Source: Candidatus Hodarchaeota archaeon
GTDB taxonomy: Archaea > Asgardarchaeota > Heimdallarchaeia > Hodarchaeales > Hodarchaeaceae
Assembly (NCBI GenBank): GCA_016839815.1
Contig: JAEOTM010000049.1
Span: forward strand, 1 to 22,827
Direction: 5' to 3'
Length of the DNA stretch: 22,827 bases
This document shows positions 8,334 to 16,441 of this stretch, piece after piece; the stretch's first letter is position 1; every line of letters begins with the position of its first letter. The notes below the pieces were generated by a model that saw only the letters and a program-made list of their open reading frames with translations, was not told the origin of the DNA and did no database searches. A program made the position numbers and the translations under genes.

Positions 8334-11300
8334 TTAGATTCTTCTACGGCGTTCTCGAATCAAAAGAACAATGACTGGGATGGCTAAGACAACAATCATG
8401 AGCCTCATATTATCTCGTATGAAGCTTGTCAAGGTCGTAAAGCCATCAACTCCTCCGTCAGTTGTTCGAGATCCTGTATCTACAGCTGCGTAGGAAGCTA
8501 GTAATGATACATCACTATATGATGTCCAACTTGAACTACTGCCTCCTTCTTGAATCTTGAATGAGACTCGTGGAGTTCCAGTTGAGTCATCACCGACTAT
8601 TATTCCTGAAGTGATTGGTATACCACCACCATCTTCACCACTGGCACCTGACATACCCGAAGTACCCGCCATTGGATAACGACTATCATATTCTACAGCT
8701 GCAGGTGGAAGGATAAATGATTCAGCATCTGAAACTATAACCTTATAGTAGAATACAATTGTTGCCCCAGGTACTAAGTGAATACCCGCAACTGCTGCAA
8801 TGGAGATTGGCCATTCAGTATGGTCTAAGGCAAAACCTTGATCATATTCTGTGAGAACATTACCCGATTCATCAGTAACTTTTATGTTCTTCCCATTATA
8901 TGAGGGAGAAAGGTCGATAGAGGCCATGCGAGTAGGGAAGTAGGAGTATAATTTGATTGTTGTCGGTTCATCACCAAGATTTTTCACCTCAGTTCTGATC
9001 TCAATTACATCACCATTCTCAATGTCTCCTCCATTTTCATCGTACCAACTCACAGAGGCATTTACAATGGGAGTAGGATAACTGGGTTCATCAACGCCTG
9101 CTTTATCGCTTTTGGGAAGAACTAGAGCGATGAGTAAATTCGAAGCAACATTAGAGATATCAGTCTGATTGAATGCACTTCCGACACCTTCATCTTGCTC
9201 TGTCGTGTAGTCAACAATAAATCCTACTGGATGAATGCCTAGGAACGTAGATACATTTCTGAAGAAAGTTTTAGTTATTGTCTCTCCAGGATTAATTGTA
9301 CCAATGAGAACTTCATCAGTAAAAACCTGTAGGCCACGTAGGTCCCAATCGGGGCCCATCATAGCATGGAAGCCTTGTATTTGAACATTGGTAGCAACAG
9401 CATCTCCTATATTTTCTATTGTCACATCGATTTGTGCTACTTCATCAACTTCATAGATACTTGAATTTAATGAAACAGTTGTCTTTAGAATTGATTCGTC
9501 ATCATACAACTGGAATATTAATCCATTAGACCAACCAAAGTACTCACGGGAGCCAGCATCTTGATAAACAAACATCACACCAGGGATGAAACCTTGGTCG
9601 ATAGGAGGATATCTTAAATCGGAACCTTCATCAAGTGATTGATTTACAATCCAATCCTTAATGTTGGTATAACCACCACTAACTTCACTGGTGTTATCCA
9701 CAAAAATAAGATTCGAATGTATGTAAACTCCTGATGCATTTGATGATAAATCCATGTCTCCATCAAATCCTAGGATAATAAATGTGTCATCTTCTGCAGG
9801 TAAATCATCTATCGCCCACCAGAATTCTTCACTTGTTCCCATTGGGAGTTCATCAATCGTTCCAAACAAATAATTTGTACTATTTTGATAGATAGTAGCA
9901 ATATTATCAGAATGTTTGAAATTGAAGAATGATTTATTCACATAGACTGATTCCATAGTGGCTTCTAAATCGATATCATGAACCCCACTGGTCGCATTAT
10001 AGGAGGTAGCTGGTTGAACTGGAGTACCATTGAGATAAGTAAACCATCCAGTTATATCTAAACTAATATTTATGTAGAAACCTGGTGTATGTAGATATTC
10101 TGATAAAACAGGTTCATTAACCATAAGACCACTTGAATAGTTGTAATACAATTCAATTCCTTCATCGAAGAGATAATTATCAGAATCAAAGATAGAAATA
10201 TATTGTGGTTCCATTTCCTCTTCTCCAAGGTCCCAAACAAATGTTGTATTGTAAGCAGTCTCATCACCAGTATTCGTCATGGTGATCGTGTAGTTGAGCT
10301 TTGGGTCGGTAATTGAGTGGAGGACTGCGGTATCAACAGAGACATCACCCGTTATCTGAGGAAATGTTTCTAATTCCTCAACTTCCATATCGTAGACTAC
10401 AGTAATATCATCATAGGTTTTTTGCCACATACCAACCTTAAGGGTCCAATTAAAGTTGCCTGTCAGTTCTGGATATAGACTATCTGTTTCAGGTTCAATA
10501 TCAATGACATTTGCCACATAGGGTAGTTGAAAATTAATTGCACTATACCAAGCATTTGGAGAAGGATGTACAGTTCCTGAATAATCAAACGCTTCCGAAA
10601 TAGACATAGTGTGTACTCCAGAAGATATCTCTATACCATCAGGTTGGACAAAAGCGGTTACTGCTAAGGGTACCCAGTTACCAGCATGCTTCACTAATCC
10701 AGTACCTACAATTGAAAGAGGAGCTGATTCAATGATATCATTTGTTATAAAGTTAGTATAGCCACCTACACTTAGAACATCGTAGAATTCATTGACGATG
10801 AAATCTGAATGGTTTTGTGGACTTAAATATCCCCAGTAGAAGAGTGTAGTAACTCCACCGACTTCTACACCATATAGAACGTCGAGAGTTGTACCCATCC
10901 ATGGATCAAGTTCATCCACAATAGATTGTGCATCCTCCAACGATGCCTGCAAACCTTGTGAAAACTGAAAGAGTACAGTGGCACCATCCCTAAATTCCCA
11001 GATAGACCGAGGCCAATAATGTCTCCAATTATCTTGACGAGAACTTACAATGTACATCAAATCGAGATTATTGAAGGGCGAGGTTCCAGGATTGAGGGGG
11101 AACGTTTTTTGTCCTCCATACTGATAGTACTGGACAATAAGTGCTGATTCTTTAGCTGCAATAAGCTCTAATCCTTCTACAAACGGATCAGTTCCAACTA
11201 AGGTATCAGATAGAATCTCTTCGGGCGTTGAAATCGTTGCTTGTGCAACAAGACCTGAAGAACCAGAGAAAACCAGTGCTATCAGTGCGAGGCCAATCAT

Positions 11301-11336
11301 GTAAATTTGATACGTTTTATTTTTCATTTTAATCAC
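8334..11336 (-). CDS. Large secreted, C-terminally membrane-anchored acidic glycoprotein with Ig-like (CARDB/DUF11-type) modules; S-layer/cell-surface-like
   Basis: Basic + hydrophobic signal peptide (start is GTG 11336 or ATG 11327). About 17 N-x-S/T sequons counted by eye and no Cys seen. Three 'xxxNxGD' strand motifs (TITMTNTGD, VTIENIGD, TEVKNLGD), a Gly/Ser/Thr linker, and a C-terminal TM followed by RERRRRI. Confidence 0.8.
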   Translation of the reverse strand: MIKMKNKTYQIYMIGLALIALVFSGSSGLVAQATISTPEEILSDTLVGTDPFVEGLELIAAKESALIVQYYQYGGQKTFPLNPGTSPFNNLDLMYIVSSRQDNWRHYWPRSIWEFRDGATVLFQFSQGLQASLEDAQSIVDELDPWMGTTLDVLYGVEVGGVTTLFYWGYLSPQNHSDFIVNEFYDVLSVGGYTNFITNDIIESAPLSIVGTGLVKHAGNWVPLAVTAFVQPDGIEISSGVHTMSISEAFDYSGTVHPSPNAWYSAINFQLPYVANVIDIEPETDSLYPELTGNFNWTLKVGMWQKTYDDITVVYDMEVEELETFPQITGDVSVDTAVLHSITDPKLNYTITMTNTGDETAYNTTFVWDLGEEEMEPQYISIFDSDNYLFDEGIELYYNYSSGLMVNEPVLSEYLHTPGFYINISLDITGWFTYLNGTPVQPATSYNATSGVHDIDLEATMESVYVNKSFFNFKHSDNIATIYQNSTNYLFGTIDELPMGTSEEFWWAIDDLPAEDDTFIILGFDGDMDLSSNASGVYIHSNLIFVDNTSEVSGGYTNIKDWIVNQSLDEGSDLRYPPIDQGFIPGVMFVYQDAGSREYFGWSNGLIFQLYDDESILKTTVSLNSSIYEVDEVAQIDVTIENIGDAVATNVQIQGFHAMMGPDWDLRGLQVFTDEVLIGTINPGETITKTFFRNVSTFLGIHPVGFIVDYTTEQDEGVGSAFNQTDISNVASNLLIALVLPKSDKAGVDEPSYPTPIVNASVSWYDENGGDIENGDVIEIRTEVKNLGDEPTTIKLYSYFPTRMASIDLSPSYNGKNIKVTDESGNVLTEYDQGFALDHTEWPISIAAVAGIHLVPGATIVFYYKVIVSDAESFILPPAAVEYDSRYPMAGTSGMSGASGEDGGGIPITSGIIVGDDSTGTPRVSFKIQEGGSSSSWTSYSDVSLLASYAAVDTGSRTTDGGVDGFTTLTSFIRDNMRLMIVVLAIPVIVLLIRERRRRI

Positions 11337-11366
11337 GTATTCGTATTACCAATCACGGTAATTTTG

Positions 11367-11384
11367 GAAAATCAGTTGATTTTC
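11367..11384. promoter_or_regulatory. Perfect 8-bp inverted repeat GAAAATCA-gt-TGATTTTC; candidate operator upstream of the surface protein gene
   Basis: Directly visible. It lies between a TATA-like box (minus-strand CTTATAAAA near 11419-11427) and the start codon. A second repeat, ATTACC-n6-GGTAAT, is at 11345-11362. Confidence 0.5.
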
Positions 11385-11758
11385 GCACTTAGAGCGTGGT
11401 TTATCTAAGGAAATTCAGTTTTATAAGTAAAACTTTAAAATAATCTTGAAAATCCAGTTTCAACAATTCTTGAAAAAGCTATTTATGTTTACATTCTGAA
11501 CAGATTATCAAATTACTACGTGGTACGAGGATTTTCCTTTCAGAAAGCTCAGAACTATGAATTCTATGCCTTGTAAGAATTATACACTTTATCAAAGTAT
11601 CTAGTGTAATCTTTTTCTGCTTTTTATACTAATACATTGATAAAATGATTATTCTAGTTTCCAAAAGGAAACTAATCTTCTGTTGTAAATGTCCTTATAA
11701 TGGATTTCTAGTTTTCTCCCCTCCTCACACAAAGAAGTTTTTATTGGTGCAAATCTAG

Positions 11759-12487
11759 TTGACAAAGATAATTTTTCTAGATGATGGTGGAGTGTTAAAT
11801 GATAATGCTCTTCGAGAGCCTCAATGGAGGGATTTGGTAGCTCAATTCTTTGTCCCTCGTTATGGTGGTACTAAAGATGATTGGAAATCAGCAAATAGCT
11901 TTGCATTCAATAAGTTTATAGAGAAATATGAGCAAACGATAAAAGATAGTCCATTAATTGAATATAATCCATTTATTAAGACATTGATGGATCAATGGGT
12001 AAATGATATGTTCAAGATTGTCCAGATTAATCCCCCTCCATCCGATGAGCGGTTTAAATTGACTATTGAAGCAGAAGCATGGATTACTCCAAGAGTGAAA
12101 TCAACATATCCAGGGATGATTCCTACAATATTCGAGCTAAAAGCGCGTGGATATACTCTTTGCACAGCTTCAGGAGAATCATCGTGGACTTTGAAAGGAT
12201 ATTTGACAGGAATGGGAGTGATAGAATGTTTTACAAGATTATATGGACCAGATCTAATAAATACTTTGAAAGGGAGCACGGTGTATTATCAGAGGATTGT
12301 AGATGATATGAAAATCTCACCAGTAGATGCAGTTGTAATTGATGACTCCTCTACCCAGCTCAAATATGCTAAAGAAGTCGGTTTCACTACTGTTCATGTT
12401 CTGAATTCTAATGCATGTGAAGAAACTTCATGTGATCACCACATCAATAAGTCTAGAGAAATTTTAGACATAATAGAACAATTTTGA
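11759..12487 (+). CDS. HAD-superfamily hydrolase (subfamily IA-like)
   Basis: Motif I IFLDDGGVL, YPG, motif II CTASG, motif III K (TLKGS), motif IV VIDDS, and C-terminal AKEVGFTTVHV. TTG start. Confidence 0.85.
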   Translation: MTKIIFLDDGGVLNDNALREPQWRDLVAQFFVPRYGGTKDDWKSANSFAFNKFIEKYEQTIKDSPLIEYNPFIKTLMDQWVNDMFKIVQINPPPSDERFKLTIEAEAWITPRVKSTYPGMIPTIFELKARGYTLCTASGESSWTLKGYLTGMGVIECFTRLYGPDLINTLKGSTVYYQRIVDDMKISPVDAVVIDDSSTQLKYAKEVGFTTVHVLNSNACEETSCDHHINKSREILDIIEQF

Positions 12488-12523
12488 TAAAGGGAACTAG
12501 ATTTTCAGAATGATGGGTTAAAA

Positions 12524-13036
12524 GTGAAAGATCGCTCAAAAAATTTCTTAAATAATTTAATTAAGAAGAATTCAATCGGGATTAATTTTGTTTGCTCAGG
12601 AAATATCATTCGTAGCCCCTATGCAGAAATCTTATTTGAATACCTAATAAAAAAAGAAATAAATGAAAATTTTCAAAAGATCATGGTTGAATCGGGAGGA
12701 GTAAGATATCGGAATTCAATGATTTCAGAAGAATCAACGGTAATGCTACTGAAAGAAGGAGTGAGCCAAGAAAGAATTAATCAATTCACTCCAAGATACT
12801 ATCCAGATTATCCTAACATGTTCGACTCTGTAGATTTAATTTTAGTAATGGAGCGATCACATTTGCAATCTATACCATCCGTTCACAAAAATAAGGCTTT
12901 TCTCTTACTTGATTTCGTCTATGGTCAGAGTGAGGATGTTCCTGATCCGTTTTTTGACCCTCCTTATGAAAGATCATATAATATGATAAAAAAAGCTCTT
13001 AAGGACTTTATAGAGCTAATTAAATCATTTTCGTAA
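12524..13036 (+). CDS. Low-molecular-weight protein tyrosine phosphatase family protein
   Basis: P-loop FVCSGNIIRSPYAE (CX5RS), VESGG, DLILVME..H and general-acid DVPDPFF. GTG start. Confidence 0.88.
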   Translation: MKDRSKNFLNNLIKKNSIGINFVCSGNIIRSPYAEILFEYLIKKEINENFQKIMVESGGVRYRNSMISEESTVMLLKEGVSQERINQFTPRYYPDYPNMFDSVDLILVMERSHLQSIPSVHKNKAFLLLDFVYGQSEDVPDPFFDPPYERSYNMIKKALKDFIELIKSFS

Positions 13037-13122
13037 TAAGATAGGAATTCCGAAAAAACGAAATCTACACTTTTCAAGATAACTAGAAAATCTCTATTAT
13101 CCACTAAAATTTGGGATGAAAT

Positions 13123-13617
13123 ATGACAAATCCAAAAGAGAGTGAAGAAAAGCTCAGTGAAATAGAATGGCACCGAAAAATGGCTGCTCAACTCTTTAAT
13201 CAGACTTGGGATTTGATAGATAAAGGTGAAGACCGCTCTCAAGATGAAAACGATGATATGATCCATTCAGCCCATGCTTCGCGACACCATTGGAAAGCGG
13301 TTGTGAATTCTGGAAAATATTCGAATTCAGGGCCAATGAATCTTGAACGAGGAGATTGGCAAATTTCACGAGTATATGCGATCTTAAAACGACCAGTAGC
13401 TGCCCTTTACCATGCAGAAAGATGTCTTAAGATTTGTAAAGAGAATGAGATCGGAGATTTTGATATCGCTTTCGCATATGAAGCAATGGCTCGAGCCCAC
13501 TCTATTGCTGGTAATAAAGAATCAAAGGATTATATTACTAAAGCTAATGAAGCTGCCGACAAAATAGCTAAGAAAGAAGATAAAGAATATTTCCTTGGAG
13601 AACTTACTACTATCTAA
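13123..13617 (+). CDS. Conserved hypothetical helical (TPR-like) protein
   Basis: HR..A..LFN.TW.L, MIHSAHASRHHW, GDWQISRVYA and FDIAFAYEAMARA motifs match an uncharacterised prokaryotic family as I recall it; function unknown. Confidence 0.75.
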   Translation: MTNPKESEEKLSEIEWHRKMAAQLFNQTWDLIDKGEDRSQDENDDMIHSAHASRHHWKAVVNSGKYSNSGPMNLERGDWQISRVYAILKRPVAALYHAERCLKICKENEIGDFDIAFAYEAMARAHSIAGNKESKDYITKANEAADKIAKKEDKEYFLGELTTI

Positions 13618-13771
13618 GCAATTTTCTTCCTCTTTTACTTGAAGTGAGTGCTTTGAGGGAGGAATCTTATCTCAGGTAGCTTGAGCTCAATGCCATTATT
13701 TACATAAACGAATCAAATAATTCTTCCCCAGACCTTTAGAATTATACAACCGAGTATTCGAGAGGATAACA

Positions 13772-14083
13772 ATGTCATTAGACCAAATTAAAATACCTGA
13801 TAACGTTGTCAATGTAGACGGGCCTCATAACAGGCATAAGATATTCGTAGCTACCTTAAGCACCTGCATGTGGTGTAAAAAAGGAAAGAAGTGGTTAAAA
13901 GAAAAAGGATATGCTTTTACCTATCTTGATGTTGATAAAATTCCTCTCGAAGAGAAAAATCGGTTAAAAGCTGAGTTGCATGCAACGTTTGGAGTGCGCC
14001 CTCGTTTTCCATTTCTTGTTGTTGATAAATTGGCTGTCGATTCTGGTTATAATCCTGATATTTGGGAGGATATGTTAAAATGA
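13772..14083 (+). CDS. Glutaredoxin/NrdH-like redoxin
   Basis: LSTCMWCKK (CxxC), YLDVD, cis-Pro motif RFPFLVV, and GY. GAGGA RBS at 13762-13766. Confidence 0.88.
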   Translation: MSLDQIKIPDNVVNVDGPHNRHKIFVATLSTCMWCKKGKKWLKEKGYAFTYLDVDKIPLEEKNRLKAELHATFGVRPRFPFLVVDKLAVDSGYNPDIWEDMLK

Positions 14084-14403
14084 CAACAAAATCGTACGAA
14101 GATGTTAATTCTTATGTCAAGAAAATAGCAGAGCGGAAGGGATGGGTACTTAATGATAATTCACAAACCTTACATGATCTTGTAGAAGGATTAATGCAAA
14201 ACTTCAACAGACATGGCTATTACAATTGTCCTTGCAGAGATTCCCAAAATGATCGTCATCTAGACAGAGATATCATTTGTCCCTGCAAATACTCGGAACT
14301 CGATGTCCAAGAATTCGGACACTGCTACTGTGCATTATATTTTGATCCTTCAACTGATTTAGGTGGACGAATCGGGATGATTCCAGAACGAAGACCTGAA
14401 TAA
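14080..14403 (+). CDS. Ferredoxin:thioredoxin reductase catalytic (beta) subunit-like [4Fe-4S] protein
   Basis: CPC...CPC...HCYC.LY motif set and GL..N..RHGY. The start at ATG 14080 overlaps the glutaredoxin TGA (ATGA) and has GGAGGA at 14065-14070; the ORF track's 14062 start is less likely. Confidence 0.9.
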   Translation: MTTKSYEDVNSYVKKIAERKGWVLNDNSQTLHDLVEGLMQNFNRHGYYNCPCRDSQNDRHLDRDIICPCKYSELDVQEFGHCYCALYFDPSTDLGGRIGMIPERRPE

Positions 14404-14425
14404 TCTTCATTCAGATACTCCTTTC

Positions 14426-14686
14426 TTAGCTAAGCAGTTTTGTTATTGTCTCTTTTAGTAGAAAAACTGGAACCTCACTTCCATTCACAACAACTGTTCT
14501 TCCCGTTGCTCCAAGTTCATTTGCTCGTTTTGAATCAGAACTTATACTAGAAATATTGACTTTACCATCAAATTCGTTGAGAATATCCCATACACGGTTC
14601 ATCCAGATAGAAAATGAACAACTACATTCGTCATTTGGAGAAATAATTTCAACCTGTGGAAATATTGAATTCTCCTTACCATTCAT
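14426..14686 (-). CDS. Small thioredoxin-fold-like protein with a CxC motif
   Basis: VEIISPNDECSCS, then a helix, strand VNISSI, A.ELG, TVVVNG and a C-terminal helix: the topology of small archaeal redoxins. Likely ATG is at 14686 (ORF track: 14713). Confidence 0.6.
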   Translation of the reverse strand: MNGKENSIFPQVEIISPNDECSCSFSIWMNRVWDILNEFDGKVNISSISSDSKRANELGATGRTVVVNGSEVPVFLLKETITKLLS

Positions 14687-14799
14687 CGATAAAAGCCTTC
14701 TTAGAAGAAACAAAATAAAGTATTCAAATCGAAATTATACATAAATTAGTGAGACTGTTGGTATTTTAAATCTAATGAATCCCAAAGATGTAATGGAAA

Positions 14800-15237
14800 T
14801 TGAATCAGGTTAATCACTATACTAAATTGTCGAATATGTATCAGAATCATCCATTAAACAAATTTTATAATGCAAAAATTTCCATATCGGATAAGAATGC
14901 TGTTGTTACACTTCTATTGCGTCCAGATTTTCATCACGCTGCTGATGCAGTTCATGGATCTGTATACTGGAAGTTACTTGATGATTCAGCATTTTTTGCA
15001 GTTAATTCAGTTGTTGATGACGTTTTTGTACTGACTGCAAGTTTCACAATATATCTAACAAAACCAATATCTTCTGGAACCTTAATTGCCAAAGGTAAAC
15101 TTGTACACGCTACTCGTAGTCAGTTTATTGGAGAATCTATTCTCTATTCTGATAAAGATGAAGAAATTGCACGTGGAAGTGGAATATATATTAGAAGTAA
15201 GCTAAACTTACAGCCAGAAATGGGATATCGGCTATAA
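14800..15237 (+). CDS. PaaI-family hotdog-fold thioesterase
   Basis: HHAADAVHGSVYWKLLDDSAFFA, VLTASFTIYLTKP, IARGSG. Start uncertain (TTG 14800). Confidence 0.88.
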   Translation: MNQVNHYTKLSNMYQNHPLNKFYNAKISISDKNAVVTLLLRPDFHHAADAVHGSVYWKLLDDSAFFAVNSVVDDVFVLTASFTIYLTKPISSGTLIAKGKLVHATRSQFIGESILYSDKDEEIARGSGIYIRSKLNLQPEMGYRL

Positions 15238-15262
15238 GAGAACCCTTAATCAAAAAATAAGT

Positions 15263-16261
15263 TCAGAAGAGTAGAGTGAAACCTACAAGGTAGCCCAAGA
15301 GCGATCCAATTAAGGGAATAAATGCAGTGAATCTAAATATGCTAGGAAGTGGGAATGGATGCATACGTTCTAAACGTTTAAGATTATTCTCATTTCGTAG
15401 AATAGCCAAATCATTATCATCAGATAGGGTTAATTGGTGAAGAATACCCTGTTGTTGTGAAATCATTAAATTTCTTATCCATGAATAGTTCGACCAGCTG
15501 TGAATGATAGTTACCATATTTGAATAAGTTCCTATGATAATTAAACCCAATACTCCAGCCATTCCTAGAGTAATAATTATGTTTCCCTCAACTAAAGCGA
15601 CTAATAAGGAAAACAGGGTAGCTATAGAAAATGGGAGAAGGAGAGCAATAAACATGATCTCAATTAGTAAAGGCGGAAATGCTCTAAAAATGAATGGAAA
15701 AATCCATTGTACTTGAAAATCCACAGAGAGTTTTTGAAGCTTAAACACCGGTTGACCATTTCTATCATCCACAAATTGAACATAGTCTTGTAATAAACCC
15801 ATTTCTGAAAGTCGTTCTACTAATAAAATTGTTTGATCATGGAAATTCGACCAGTTCTCCTTTGTAAAGAAGTATTTGAAACACAATGTAAAAATGACAA
15901 GGATTTGCCCCAGAACAGATGCTAATACAGATGTTAAAACGAGTAACGAAAAAAAGTCTGATTGAAGATCCGGGGGTCCAAGATATTGTCCTTCAAGAAA
16001 GAAAGATACTATAAAATTAAATAACATGGTGGAGGAATATATAAAAGTGGAACAAAGACCTAGGAGTAATCCAAGTATTGGTATCAGCTTATTTAATGGT
16101 CGAAATCGGTCATACATGAGTTTTTCTCGTTTTATATACTCTAGGAACGTTTCTGACTGAGGATTAAATTCTATTTCAGATCTTAATTTCCAAGTGACAT
16201 CTTTTTCTAGGGAAATCTCTCTATTTTTTTGTTTCACCGTACTAACGTCCAAGAAATCCAT
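15263..16261 (-). CDS. Hypothetical multi-pass membrane protein (about 5 TM)
   Basis: 332-aa ORF with two hydrophobic hairpins separated by a soluble segment, plus a C-terminal TM. No family recognised. Confidence 0.75.
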   Translation of the reverse strand: MDFLDVSTVKQKNREISLEKDVTWKLRSEIEFNPQSETFLEYIKREKLMYDRFRPLNKLIPILGLLLGLCSTFIYSSTMLFNFIVSFFLEGQYLGPPDLQSDFFSLLVLTSVLASVLGQILVIFTLCFKYFFTKENWSNFHDQTILLVERLSEMGLLQDYVQFVDDRNGQPVFKLQKLSVDFQVQWIFPFIFRAFPPLLIEIMFIALLLPFSIATLFSLLVALVEGNIIITLGMAGVLGLIIIGTYSNMVTIIHSWSNYSWIRNLMISQQQGILHQLTLSDDNDLAILRNENNLKRLERMHPFPLPSIFRFTAFIPLIGSLLGYLVGFTLLF

Positions 16262-16441
16262 TTGGGGAAGACTTCTGTTCTTTCAACCCTCGATGTTCTG
16301 AAACTTTGATTCTTACTTAAGAATTTATTTCGTGAAGAGTTATAGTTTAAGAATAGAAAAGTCTATATTAGGTCCATCCTTCAAAATCGAATAATTCATA
16401 CTTATTGATTAACCATAATTAGTTGCATTTAGGGAATACCA

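Noticed and set aside
12524-13036. Thioredoxin-coupled arsenate reductase (ArsC) call
   Set aside because: The two resolving cysteines are absent and there are no ars transporter genes nearby. Kept as LMW-PTP family.
13772-14713. Selenocysteine (UGA) recoding in the redox genes
   Set aside because: All redox motifs are Cys-encoded. The glutaredoxin TGA is at the natural C-terminus and forms an ATGA overlap, and I recognised no convincing SECIS.
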